A stretch of DNA of 64,000 nt. Source: a bacterium. Lineage in GTDB: Bacteria; Hinthialibacterota; Hinthialibacteria; Hinthialibacterales; Hinthialibacteraceae. The DNA lies in NCBI GenBank assembly GCA_963662285.2, contig CAXXMV010000001.1:800001-864000 (forward strand), in the 5' to 3' direction. The notes beneath the pieces are model-generated. The model searched no databases. It saw only the letters and a program-made list of their open reading frames with translations, and was not told the origin of the DNA. The translations under genes and the position numbers were made by a program. Shown in pieces: positions 18,475 to 29,583 of the stretch. Within the stretch, counting starts at the first letter, position 1; every line of letters starts with the position of its first letter.

Positions 18475-19239
18475 ATGGCTGATTATATAACTCGTAGACA
18501 ATACAATGATTGGATTTCCGACGCTCGCGCAGCTGCGCTTCTCTGCGGCTATCCGGTAGATGATTCAATGGTTAACGACAACACCGGGCTGATTTTCGGC
18601 GATTACGAAGGTCTGGATAACGGGCTGTGGGCTGGTAATAATGAATCTCACGAAAGATTCGTTATTTTTCAAAGCGTCAACAACCCGGCTATCGAAGGTA
18701 TGCCCAAAAGCGCTTTTGTCGGCGCCCAGTATGGCGGTTTGTGCGATAAATGCATGGTTCTTTTCCCGGGTCAGTTTTGTTCAGTGCATTATCATGTCCG
18801 TAAAACTGAATATTACATCGTCATGGGCGGCGAAATGGTGGTTCTCTACAGCCAGGATCGCGCTCCGGGCGGCGAGTATGAAGATGGAACCAACGCTGAC
18901 CTTATCGATACCGCGAAACTACCGGCTGGTACTCCACTTCCCGCTGGAACCCCGCTTCCTAAGGGACGGGAAAAAAGTTATGAAGTAGTTCAGGATAACA
19001 CCCTCGTCCTTAAACCGGGCGATCCCAGATTCCTGCTTCCCCGTAAAACTCCACATGCGTTCTTCTGCCCGCATGACGCCAAAGTCCCGACTGTAATTCA
19101 TGAAGTATCCTGTTATTCCCACGAACCAACCTCTAGCGGTAAAGATTCCTTGCTTAAAGATTGGCAGCATATTCACGACAACGTCTTTCTCCATCCTGGC
19201 ATCAAGGAAGCGCGTCTGGCCAATAATATTAAAGAATAA
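18475..19239 (+). CDS. D-lyxose/D-mannose isomerase-like cupin
   Basis: C.K.MVLFPGQ.CSVHYH..KTE; VLKPGD...PHAF...EVS; DNVFLHP; AGGAG RBS. Confidence 0.75.
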   Translation: MADYITRRQYNDWISDARAAALLCGYPVDDSMVNDNTGLIFGDYEGLDNGLWAGNNESHERFVIFQSVNNPAIEGMPKSAFVGAQYGGLCDKCMVLFPGQFCSVHYHVRKTEYYIVMGGEMVVLYSQDRAPGGEYEDGTNADLIDTAKLPAGTPLPAGTPLPKGREKSYEVVQDNTLVLKPGDPRFLLPRKTPHAFFCPHDAKVPTVIHEVSCYSHEPTSSGKDSLLKDWQHIHDNVFLHPGIKEARLANNIKE

Positions 19240-19276
19240 GTATATAAGATATCATGGTTTATGTTATTTGAATTTC

Positions 19277-19326
19277 AAAACGCCCGTTTCTATTTCAACT
19301 GCGATGAAGAAACGGGCGTTTTTTTT
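19277..19326 (+). terminator. Rho-independent terminator
   Basis: AAAACGCCCGTTTCT...AGAAACGGGCGTTTTTTTT. Confidence 0.88.
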
Positions 19327-19427
19327 CGCAATTTCCATAAAACCAAGTATACTTTATATTAAAGAAATAATACTTTACGTACCACATCGCAAAACATTGT
19401 ATTACATCACCTCACTTCAGGGAAAAA

Positions 19428-22400
19428 ATGATCCTATCATTCATAAATAATATTGCATTACTCCTGGCATTATGTATTTGTCATTCTTTCATTTTGCAGC
19501 GCTGGAAACCAAATACCTTACTCTATCAAATCAGTACCGGGCTTTTATTCGGAGGAATATGTATTGCTGGAATGATGAATCCCTTTGTTTTAACCGAAGG
19601 GATTATTTTTGATGGACGTTCCTTTGTCGCCAGTATAGCAGGTCTCATGGGGGGACCGCTTACCGCCATTTTTGTGGTTCTGATAGGTGGGGCTTACCGC
19701 ATATGGGGAGTAGGCGGCAGCGGGGCTTTTGTGGGCGTCTGCGTGTTAACCTCTTCCGCCGTCTTAGGCGTTTTATTTCGTTATTGGAAAAAAGGTAAAA
19801 CTGAATTAATTAATCCTATATATCTCTACGGTTTTGGCGTAATTGTTCACATAAATATGCTTCTATGGATGTTCACCTTACCTTCTTCTCAGGTTTGGAA
19901 CGCAATTTCGCATATTTCTTTACCGGTAATGATCTTTTTTCCGATAGCCACTGTTTTGCTTGGCAAAATGCTCCAACAACAAATCAACAATCTTTTAATG
20001 TCTTCAGCTATAAAAAAAGTGAGACGAAATACCGTGAACTGGTGGAAAATGCCAACAGCATTATTCTACGAGTTGACATTAATGGTAACATCATCTTCTT
20101 CAATGAATTCGCTCAAACTTTCTTTGGATACTCCGAAGAAGAGATAATAGGACGTTCAGTTATAGGGACAATCATTCCTGAAATAGAAAGCAGTGGTCGC
20201 GACTTAAGCAATATTGCACAAGAAATTTTCAACAATCCATCTGAATATACAAAATATATCAATGAAAATATAAAGAGCAACGGTGAACGGGTATGGGTAT
20301 CATGGACCAACAGAGTTTTATTCGACGCTGATGGCGCCCCCATAGAAATCCTTTGCATCGGGACTGATATTACTGAACAAAAACGCGCCGAAGAAAATTT
20401 GCGTCTTGATGAATCACGCTTGGAGACATTGCATGAATTAGGACAAATGACTGACGCCTCTTTAAGCGAACTCACAGAATTTTCATTGGAAAAAGCAGTG
20501 CAACTAACCAAGAGTTCAATCGGTTACTTAGCTTTTGCAAATGAAAATGAATCGGTTCTGACTATGCATAGTTGGTCAAAAAATGCTATGAACCAATGCG
20601 CTATAATTGATAAACCCACCGAATTTCAAGTCAAAGATACAGGGCTTTGGGGTGAAGCAGTACGCCAAAGAAAACCAATCATCACTAATGACTATACGGC
20701 GCTGCATCCCACTAAAAAAGGTTATCCTGGAGGTCATATTTCCATCATGCGCCACATGAATATCCCGGTATTTGACCTTGGGAAGATTGTAGTTATTGCA
20801 GGCGTTGGAAACAAGGAAACCGATTATGATCAAACCGATGTCCGACAATTACAACTTTTGATGGAGGGGATGTGGAAACTGATTCAGCGCAAGCACGCTG
20901 AAGAGGCCTTGCGGGAAAGCGAGGAACGCTTCCGTACCCTGGTACAGAATATCCCCGGAGTATGCTATCGCTGCGCATGCGACAATGATTGGACTATGGA
21001 ATACATCAGCGATGATATTGAAATGCTGAGCGGCTATGCGTCCCGTGAATTTATTGCTAACCAAGTACGATCCTATGCATCTATTATCCATCCAGATGAC
21101 GCTCAACTAGTTGAAAAAACCATCATAGACTCGAGAAACACAACCAATGCTTTCACCATTGAATACCGCATCATCCGGTCAGATGATGACATTCGCTGGG
21201 TGTTCGAGAAAGGGCAATTCGTCTTTGATGCAGAGGACAATGTTCGTTGTCTAGATGGAGTAATTGAAGATATTACTGAACATAAAAAAACCTTGGAAGA
21301 CTTAGAAAACTCAGAGGCGCTCTATTCTTCACTAGTTGAAAATCTACCCCAGAACATCTTACGCAAGGATTTGAAAGGTGAATTCACCTTTGTTAATGAG
21401 TATTTTTGCAAAACAATCGGCAAATCCAAGAGCGAATTAATTGGCAAAACCGATTTCGACTTCTACCCCATTGAATTGGCCGAGAAATATAAGCAAGATG
21501 ATCAACAAGTAATCAAAACAGGCCAATTTTTCGAAACTGTCGAAATTAACCAATCAATAAATGGACAAGATAATTACGTCCATGTCTTAAAAACCCCGCT
21601 TAGAGACTCAACCGGGGAAATAATCGGTTTACAGGCTATTTTCTGGGACATAACCAAGCAGCGCCGCCTGGAACAAGAATATAAGACGCTTTTCTGTGAG
21701 ATGCTCGACGGATTCTCTCTACACGAGATACTCTGCAACTCACAAGGCGAGCCTTCTGACTACCGCTTCCTGGCCGTCAATCCGGCCTTCGAACGTATGA
21801 CTGGTTTGAAGGCTAAAGACATAATCGGTAAGACGGTTCTGGAGGTTATGCCTGATACCGAAAAGCATTGGATCGAAACCTACGGTCGCGTGGCGTTGAC
21901 TGGCGAACCAGCCCTGTTCGAAAACTATGCGAAAGAACTGGATAAGCATTTTGAAGTAACAGCCTTCCGCCCCTCGCCAAACCAGTTCGCCTGCATCTTC
22001 GCAGATATCACCAAACGTAAAAAATCCGAGGAAGCATTAAAACAAAGCGAGATGCAACTTGCAGAATCTCAACGAATCGCCCATTTAGGTAATTGGTTTT
22101 GGGATATTCAAACAAATATTATACATTGGTCAGATGAAACTTACCGTATTTTTGGTTTAATTCCAAATGAATCACCCATAACAAATCAAAACTTCTTGAA
22201 CTTTGTTCATCCCTATGATAGTCAGACTCTACAAAACGCCGTTAAAAATGCTTTAGATAATAAGTCTTCTTACAAACTCGATCATAGAATCATACGCAAA
22301 GACGGAGAAACCCGTTTTGTACACGAAGAAGCAGAAGTTATTTTCGATTACGACAACAATCCCATTAAAATGGTTGGCACGGTTCAAGATATAACTGAGC

Positions 22401-23569
22401 GTAAGCATTTAGAAGATCAGCTGTTCCAATCCCAGAAAATGGAAGCAATCGGACATCTGGCAGGTGGAGTGGCGCATGATTTTAACAATATACTAATGGT
22501 CATATCGGGTTATGTGAGTTTTATTATTGAGAAAGAAGATATAGATGCCGGAATTCGCGGCGATGCCATTGAAATAAGAACCGCCGCAGAACGGGCTGAA
22601 TCTCTCACCCGGCAACTGCTCGCATTCAGCCGCAAGCAGGTTATGCAATCTAAAGTCATTAACTTAAACAAATTAGTCATAAATCTAGAGAAGATGCTCC
22701 GGCGTTTGATAGGTGAAGATGTTCAACTCACCACCCATCTATCTCCCGAACTTGGGCAAATATTTGCCGATCCGGGGCAAATTGAGCAAGTAATCATGAA
22801 CCTGGCCATCAATGCCCGTGACGCCATGCCGAATGGAGGCGTACTTGTTATCGAAACATCCAATGTTTACTTGGATCAAACATACGCCAAGATTCATCCT
22901 GATATTCAACCGGGTAATTTCATCATGCTTGCTATCAGCGATACCGGCCAGGGGATGACGCATGAAATTCAGGAAAAAATATTCAATCCCTTCTTTACCA
23001 CTAAAGAAAAAGGCAAAGGAACGGGTTTAGGGCTGGCCACTGTTTATGGAATCGTTAAACAAAGCGGCGGCAACATCTGGGTATACAGCGAACCGGGCAA
23101 AGGCGCCACTTTCAAAGTCTATTTCCGCCAAACTGATAAAAGCGTTGAATCATACGCAAAAGATATAAATATTTCCGGTTCTTCCCAAGTTTCAGAAACA
23201 ATCCTGGTAGTTGAGGATGAAACCGGGGTCAGGAAGATTGTTATTCGTTTATTAGAAAAACTTGGTTATAAAATTCTAGAATCGAGTAATGGAGAAGAAG
23301 CCATTCTGGAATGCGAGAAACATCAAGGCAAAATAGATTTACTCTTAACCGATGTTATAATGCCTAAAATGAGCGGCAAAGAGTTATCCGGTATTATTTC
23401 AGCGAAATACCCTAATATCAAAACTCTATTCATGTCAGGTTATACAGACAATATCATAGTACATCATGGCGTATTAGATGAAGGATTTGAATTAATTCAA
23501 AAACCGATTGCTCCTGAAGAATTATCACGCAAGGTACGCGAGGTTTTAGATACTAAAATATTCATATAA
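19428..23569 (+). CDS. Hybrid sensor kinase (LytS-type 5TM, PAS/GAF array, HisKA, HATPase, receiver), split by a -1 frameshift at 20012-20018
   Basis: ORF 19428-20147 encodes a 5TMR_LYT domain (GIIFDGR). The kinase frame continues after A7 as SETKYRELVENAN; AHDFNN; GTGLGLA; receiver LLLTDVIMP and KP. Confidence 0.88.
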
Positions 23570-23665
23570 GTCATATTTATCTGTTCAAACAATGAATTCT
23601 GGCAAAACTTTTGGGTAAAGATCAACTCAGTGGGAGAGGGGATGCATAGAACATGTGTGGTTGGA

Positions 23666-24400
23666 TCAAGGTATAAAACGCAGTCTAATGGTTAACCATA
23701 GAAACTTGATATTGCCAATCAGGTAACGCTGCCACATGCGTCTTGGCTCCATGCATAAACGGTGCAGCCATTCGAGTCCGGTTTTGCGGAGGATCATCGG
23801 GGCGCGGGGGATATTTCCCGAATAGAAGTTGAATAATCCTCCGACGCCCATGCCGATTTTGGCGCCGGTTTTCTCCAAGTTCTGATTAATCCATTTTTCC
23901 TGAAGGGGGACGCCCATCGCCGCTAGAAGTAGATCGGCTTTGGATTGGCGTATCTGCCGCACAATATCTTCATTATTTTCGGGGGTAATAAATCCATGAT
24001 GCGTTCCACAGAATATTAAACCAGGGTGGGTCTCCAAAGCGCGTCGCTGCATCTCTTCAGCAGTTCCCGGTTCGGCGCCTAGCAGGTAGATGCGGTAACC
24101 GGTTCCTTCAAGCGCATCGAGCAGCAAGGGATACAAATCGGTGCCATTGACATTATCAACTAATGGACGGCCATGAATGTTGGCGGCGATTTTCATTCCC
24201 ACGCCGTCGGCGAAGGTATAATCTGCATTCTGTAGTAGTTCAAGGTATCCCGAATCGGTTCGGGAGATGTTAACGCAATGCGCGTTGACAAAATACATCT
24301 GAACGGATTTTTGGCCAGCTAGAGTATTGAGGATCAGGTCTATCGTTTCCTGAAGCGTGATATTGGTTATGGGGATATCGAAAAGCGTCATCACATTCAT
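23666..24400 (-). CDS. WecB/TagA/CpsF glycosyltransferase
   Basis: FVNAH, ADGVG, NGTDL, MGVPLQEKW, RAP...GLEWLHRL..EPRRMWQRYL. Confidence 0.95.
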   Translation of the reverse strand: MNVMTLFDIPITNITLQETIDLILNTLAGQKSVQMYFVNAHCVNISRTDSGYLELLQNADYTFADGVGMKIAANIHGRPLVDNVNGTDLYPLLLDALEGTGYRIYLLGAEPGTAEEMQRRALETHPGLIFCGTHHGFITPENNEDIVRQIRQSKADLLLAAMGVPLQEKWINQNLEKTGAKIGMGVGGLFNFYSGNIPRAPMILRKTGLEWLHRLCMEPRRMWQRYLIGNIKFLWLTIRLRFIP

Positions 24401-24424
24401 ATCAGATACAGTTCCCCGAATATT

Positions 24425-25615
24425 CTAAACCAATTCTTTCAACATGTTAAAAAATGGCGGCAAAATGGCGCCGGGACGAAATTGCTGCATTGATGCAGCG
24501 CAAGCCTCGCGATTATATTTTTGCGGATTATCAATCACGCCGCAAAGGGCATGGGCTAATTGTTCGGGCGTTGATTGTTCCACAATAAGCCCGGTTACAC
24601 AGTGCTGAACCAAAGCGCGTATCTCGCCCACATTGGTTGATACGACCGGCAAACCGCAGGCCAGCGCTTCCATCACGCCTATAGGCATCCCCTCGAATTT
24701 AGATGACATCAGGAACACATCGCTAATGCGCAATGCATTAGCTAGATCAGGCGCAGATAACGAGCCAAGCATACAGACCTTATCGCATATATTAAGGCTT
24801 TCGATGGTTTGCTCCATGCGAAGCCTCATACCGCCTCCGCCAGCCAGCGCGAGACGTATATCAGGATTTTGCGCCGCTGCCAGGGCGAAGGATTGCAGCG
24901 CCAATATGGGGTCTTTCTGCTCTTCCCATCGGCAGGCGAAAAGAATCAAACAGGTGGAATCGGAAAAATTGTGTTGCTGGAGAAACTGTTGACGAAGTTG
25001 TTCTCTTGGATGATCGCTGATTGGCGAGAAAACATCATCGCTATACCAGGTTGATAAAAAAGATATTTGGTCATGATGCGATGGATAATTTTGCTGTAAG
25101 TATGCCACGCCCTCGCGTTGGACGGAATAAATAAATCGGCTGCGGCGCACCGCTCGCGCTTCGGCCATCCGGTAGAGCCACGGAGCATGACGCCAACGTA
25201 CTTCTGACCGGGGGCTAACGATCTCTCTTGGGTCGCCATGAACGCAGAGGATATTGCTCTTGGCTGGCACAGAGGAAAGAGCGAGCGGCTCGACTCGATG
25301 ATAGATGACCATGTGATCCTGCAAGTCAAAATTCTTAAATCTTAGCGCCAGGGGGAAACGTAGAAACAATGGTATTCTAGTGCGTTTATTGGGTTGTTGG
25401 TCAGCCAAGACGGGATAGAAGCGAATCGGTCTGCCACAGAATTCCAGCGTGCTCCATTGCCCGATGGGGCGCTGCGCTGGATATTCGGAAACGCCTATTA
25501 GAGATAGTTCGAAATCTTCTGGAGCATGTTGCAGCATAGAACGGATAACGGATTCGATGCCGCCGATTTTACTACCCCACGGATCAAAAGGGTGGATGGT
25601 TGTGAGTTTCAGCAT
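24425..25615 (-). CDS. GT4 (GT-B) glycosyltransferase
   Basis: GGIES at the N-terminus; SKFEGMPIGVMEALACGLPVVSTNVG (Ex7E motif). Confidence 0.93.
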   Translation of the reverse strand: MLKLTTIHPFDPWGSKIGGIESVIRSMLQHAPEDFELSLIGVSEYPAQRPIGQWSTLEFCGRPIRFYPVLADQQPNKRTRIPLFLRFPLALRFKNFDLQDHMVIYHRVEPLALSSVPAKSNILCVHGDPREIVSPRSEVRWRHAPWLYRMAEARAVRRSRFIYSVQREGVAYLQQNYPSHHDQISFLSTWYSDDVFSPISDHPREQLRQQFLQQHNFSDSTCLILFACRWEEQKDPILALQSFALAAAQNPDIRLALAGGGGMRLRMEQTIESLNICDKVCMLGSLSAPDLANALRISDVFLMSSKFEGMPIGVMEALACGLPVVSTNVGEIRALVQHCVTGLIVEQSTPEQLAHALCGVIDNPQKYNREACAASMQQFRPGAILPPFFNMLKELV

Positions 25616-26916
25616 GGGGCTCGATCATCTTCTGGTTGAATTTCATGAGATTGTCTACCGGGTATTCGTCCAGACGCAGCCCACCCCAAAGCGAGCGCAA
25701 AAATTAACCACAGGCAATACTGATAGGCCGTTGCGATTATCAGGTTATCATTGGCGCTTCCGGCCAGCCATGAAGCATAAATGGCGATAGCCGCCCAGAT
25801 AAAATGACGCACCGGAGGCGCATTGGCTCTTCGATGCGCCCTGAATAAGACCCATCCAAGACCTAGCAGCATCCCGATGTTTATTACAAAACCGATCACG
25901 CCGCCATCAATCATAAAACGGACATAGTCGTTATGCGGTTCCTGCCCCGGCCCGGTTCCATTCAAAACTTTGTTGGGATTGACATAGGGTGCACTATCAA
26001 GCCCATAACCATAATAGGGGCTTTGGGTCCAGGAGCGGTATAGAAAACGCCAATTAAGCAGACGCCAGACCAGCGATGAAGTTTCCCGGCCAGTGCGCTC
26101 GATCTCATCCAGGTTATCCCATTGGGTGATGACGCGGATGCGTTCCCGTCCGGTTGGCGTGGTGACGAATAAGATTACGAAAATCATCATAAAACAGAGG
26201 ATGCTGTAGCGCAACCAGCGGTTTTCTCCGATAGCGATAATCATAATCAAGACGCCCAGCATTCCCGCGCCGGTAAAGCTGAAAGTAGCTATCAAAAGCC
26301 CCAGGATTAACAATAAAAGCAGAATCCAGCCCGTGCGCCGTTCAGCCCAACGGCATTTCCAATAGGCCGCGCCAGCCATCAACACCAGGTAGAAAGAGAA
26401 CGGATTGGGATGCACGAAAGTACTTTGAATGCGATGGGCTTCCTGCACCTGCATACCCTGATGAAATGCGATTTGGTATAATCCGGTCAGGGCGGGAACT
26501 ATCATAGATAGAAACAGAACAGCCAGAATGCGCTTGCCCTGGCCTTGCATCGTCATATTCAAGATAACGATAAAAAAGACAACGATGGATAACAGGCGCA
26601 GCCATTCGCGCACCGAAGCGATGCGCGATGCGCCATGAACCAGAACTGGACCAACCGCCCAGGGGATCATGAGAACTATCCAGATCAACAAAATTTTAAC
26701 TATGGGCTGCCCAAACATTAGGCGACGCTGAGAAGGTTGCAGCACGACCATCCACCAGACGCCCAGTGCGATAACCGCCATACTGCATAATCCCGCAGGA
26801 TTAAGCGATGCTGGACCAATAGACAACGTTAAATCCGTCGTGGCATCAAGAGATGGACGAATTATTATCAGCGCCAGGAAAAAACCTTCAATCCAACTTC
26901 GCATCCGGTCGGTCAT
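25609..26916 (-). CDS. O-antigen ligase/polymerase (Wzy_C) family membrane protein
   Basis: Multiple TM segments; R.QSTFVHPN; S..WR...W; GYG; PHNDY. Confidence 0.9.
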   Translation of the reverse strand: MTDRMRSWIEGFFLALIIIRPSLDATTDLTLSIGPASLNPAGLCSMAVIALGVWWMVVLQPSQRRLMFGQPIVKILLIWIVLMIPWAVGPVLVHGASRIASVREWLRLLSIVVFFIVILNMTMQGQGKRILAVLFLSMIVPALTGLYQIAFHQGMQVQEAHRIQSTFVHPNPFSFYLVLMAGAAYWKCRWAERRTGWILLLLLILGLLIATFSFTGAGMLGVLIMIIAIGENRWLRYSILCFMMIFVILFVTTPTGRERIRVITQWDNLDEIERTGRETSSLVWRLLNWRFLYRSWTQSPYYGYGLDSAPYVNPNKVLNGTGPGQEPHNDYVRFMIDGGVIGFVINIGMLLGLGWVLFRAHRRANAPPVRHFIWAAIAIYASWLAGSANDNLIIATAYQYCLWLIFALALGWAASGRIPGRQSHEIQPEDDRAPC

Positions 26917-28064
26917 ATCAACGCTTCCATAATGGTTTGAGCGATAATGTCGGAAACGGTAATCGGATTGCCCGACATGCTGTTTCCCATAGACATTTTA
27001 ACCAATAAAGGAATTTCGTCCTTAGGAATCTTAAATTCGCTCAAATCTGAGGGAATATTAAATTGCTTATTAAGATCAAACATATAATTGATGATCAAAT
27101 CGGCGTACTCGCCTTTTTTAAGTGATTGATCATCAGTAATCAAGCGGCCTAACCTAGCAATTTTATCATGTTCGGCGCATCGGTTGAACTTTAATGCATG
27201 AGGCGTGAGGATGGCGCACGCTTTGCCGTGGGGAATATCGTACAGCGCTCCCAGTCCGGCAGCGAATCCATGGGCCAGACCCAAACCAGCGTTAGCGAGG
27301 CATATACCACTGATAGTGCTGGCCAAGAGCATCTTCTCGCGCTGCTCAATTTGAGAACCATCCTGGAAAACCTCCTTGATAACTGGCAGCGCCAACTCCA
27401 AGCCATAAAAGGCCAAAGCGTCGGTGATAGGAACCGCGCGTTTACTGATATAAGACTCGATCAGCTGAGTTATAGCGTCCATCCCGCTGTAAGCTGTCTG
27501 CTCAGCGGGGAGAGACAAACTCAGTTCGGCATCAAGAATGGCTACTGACGGGTAAAGATGAGGGCTGCGGAAACTCTTTTTGAAGCGTCCTTTAGGCGAA
27601 CGGATAACGGCGTTGCGCGTCACTTCGGCGCCAGCGCCCGCAGTAGTTGGCATGGCTATATGGGGCAGGCCGGGTTTGGTGACAGGTTTTCCGGCGCCGA
27701 CGCCTTCGAGATAATCCTCTATCACGCCGCCATTGGTTACTAATCCAGCCACAGCTTTAGCCAGATCGATCACCGAACCGCCGCCCAGTGATATAACCAT
27801 ATCGCATTGCGCCGCTTTGGCGGTTTGGGTCGCGCTGCCAGTCATCTCGACCGATGGTTCACCGTAAGGCTTAATATATTCGACGACCTGTATGTTTTTC
27901 GATGCCAGGGAATGCAAGGCTTTTTCAGCGCATCCACTTTTGCTAACCGATGCGCTCAGTGCAACGAATGCTTTGTTCCCCATTGAAGATGCAATATCCC
28001 CGACACGGGAAACGGCGCCTTGGCTGACAATCAATTGCGTAGGACTAAAGTATTGAAAATCCAT
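26913..28064 (-). CDS. Iron-containing alcohol dehydrogenase
   Basis: GGGSVIDLAKA, PTTAGAGAEVT, GMDAITQLIES, HG...HG. Confidence 0.95.
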   Translation of the reverse strand: MDFQYFSPTQLIVSQGAVSRVGDIASSMGNKAFVALSASVSKSGCAEKALHSLASKNIQVVEYIKPYGEPSVEMTGSATQTAKAAQCDMVISLGGGSVIDLAKAVAGLVTNGGVIEDYLEGVGAGKPVTKPGLPHIAMPTTAGAGAEVTRNAVIRSPKGRFKKSFRSPHLYPSVAILDAELSLSLPAEQTAYSGMDAITQLIESYISKRAVPITDALAFYGLELALPVIKEVFQDGSQIEQREKMLLASTISGICLANAGLGLAHGFAAGLGALYDIPHGKACAILTPHALKFNRCAEHDKIARLGRLITDDQSLKKGEYADLIINYMFDLNKQFNIPSDLSEFKIPKDEIPLLVKMSMGNSMSGNPITVSDIIAQTIMEALI

Positions 28065-28135
28065 GATTCCCCTTAAAAACCTGCAGTAATGTATCATTCA
28101 TTTTATACAACACTTAACTTAGATATAGTGCATGT

Positions 28136-28248
28136 TATAGCGATAATTAAAATAACGTGCGTTAATGAGGTTGTAAAAGTTCTCAAAAGATGGGACTTTT
28201 CACGAATCCAACGTTTTCAATACACATACATCTTCGATAACCACTATA
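28136..28248. mobile_element. ~113-bp MITE-like element, copy 2
   Basis: Imperfect terminal inverted repeats TATAGCGAT...ACCACTATA; homologous to 6930-7043. Confidence 0.8.
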
Positions 28249-28374
28249 TAAGATATAATTAAATATGGCCTGTTACTAGATTCCACGGAGATCGTTCTTC
28301 CTCTGGACGAAGAGTACTGACTAAACTACCATCATTAGTTCGATATAACTATATATTGCGTGGATATCATAAAC

Positions 28375-29544
28375 ATGAAAACCATTTATTTTGACGTATT
28401 CGCAGGAATCAGCGGTGATATGTGCCTGGGAGCGCTGATTGACGCAGGCTGCCCGGGAGAAGAGATTAGATCACTACTCAGCGGAATGAATATTCCCGGA
28501 TTTGATTTGCAGTGGGAACGCGTCATGCGCGGCCCGCTTTCTGGAACCAAAGCCCATGTTATTGTAGAAGAAGAGGCGCATTCGCATAGAAAACTATCCG
28601 GCGTGCTGGATATTGTTGATAGCATCAAGTGGCCTGGTGACGTCCGCAACCGGATCGAAGAAGTTTTCACTACTTTAGCACATGCGGAAGGCCAGGTTCA
28701 CAATAAGCCATACGACCAGATTCATTTTCATGAAGTGGGCTGCTATGACGCCATAGTGGATATCAGCGGAACGCTGCTGGGATTGCACCTGTTGGGCGTT
28801 GAGTCATGCGCCAGTTCTCGCGTCCACGTAGGCGAGGGATTTGTCCAGACGCGCCATGGAGCGCTGCCCCTGCCTGCGCCCGCTACAGCCAACCTGCTCA
28901 AAGGTTTCACTCTTTTCGGCACGGGCATAGATATGGAATTGGTCACGCCGACCGGAGCGGCGCTGTTACGCGTTTTGACCGGCGGCTCATCCACTATGCC
29001 GACCATGAATCTGGAAACCATCGGTTATGGCGCCGGGACGCGCAATTCCAAAGAGTTGCCCGGTATGCTGCGCATTTTCATTGGTGAAAGCGGCCAAAAC
29101 GGCGCCGATAGCGTGACCGTCATCGAAACCAATATAGATGATATGAATCCGGAGTTTTTTAATCCGATGATGGATAGCCTTTTTAAGGCCGGAGCGTTGG
29201 ATGTCTGCTTAACGCCATCTATGATGAAAAAAGGCCGCCCTGGAACTATAGTAAGCGTAGTCGCGCCTCCGGCTCTACGTGAAACCATCGCTCAGGCCAT
29301 GATGCAGAACAGTTCATCTATCGGCGTTCGCATGTATGATTGCGAGCGCAGGATCATGAAACGTACAAGTTGCGAAGTCCAAACCCAATGGGGCGCAGTA
29401 CGGGGCAAGGTTTGCTGTGGACATGGTGTGGAAAAGCGCTTTACGCCTGAATATGATGATTGCCTGCGAATTCACAAAGAGCAGAAGACTCCTATTGCCC
29501 AAGTATATCAGGCGGCGGCGACGGCTTTTGAGAAACAACAATAG
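28375..29544 (+). CDS. larC: Nickel insertase of nickel-pincer cofactor biosynthesis
   Basis: GISGDM.LGAL, IHFHEVG, PAPAT, ELVTPTGAA, ETNIDDM.PE, MKKGRPG and PEYDDC. Confidence 0.95.
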   Translation: MKTIYFDVFAGISGDMCLGALIDAGCPGEEIRSLLSGMNIPGFDLQWERVMRGPLSGTKAHVIVEEEAHSHRKLSGVLDIVDSIKWPGDVRNRIEEVFTTLAHAEGQVHNKPYDQIHFHEVGCYDAIVDISGTLLGLHLLGVESCASSRVHVGEGFVQTRHGALPLPAPATANLLKGFTLFGTGIDMELVTPTGAALLRVLTGGSSTMPTMNLETIGYGAGTRNSKELPGMLRIFIGESGQNGADSVTVIETNIDDMNPEFFNPMMDSLFKAGALDVCLTPSMMKKGRPGTIVSVVAPPALRETIAQAMMQNSSSIGVRMYDCERRIMKRTSCEVQTQWGAVRGKVCCGHGVEKRFTPEYDDCLRIHKEQKTPIAQVYQAAATAFEKQQ

Positions 29545-29583
29545 TTTTGTTTGAGTACACAATATCTTTTCATCAGAGGAAAT

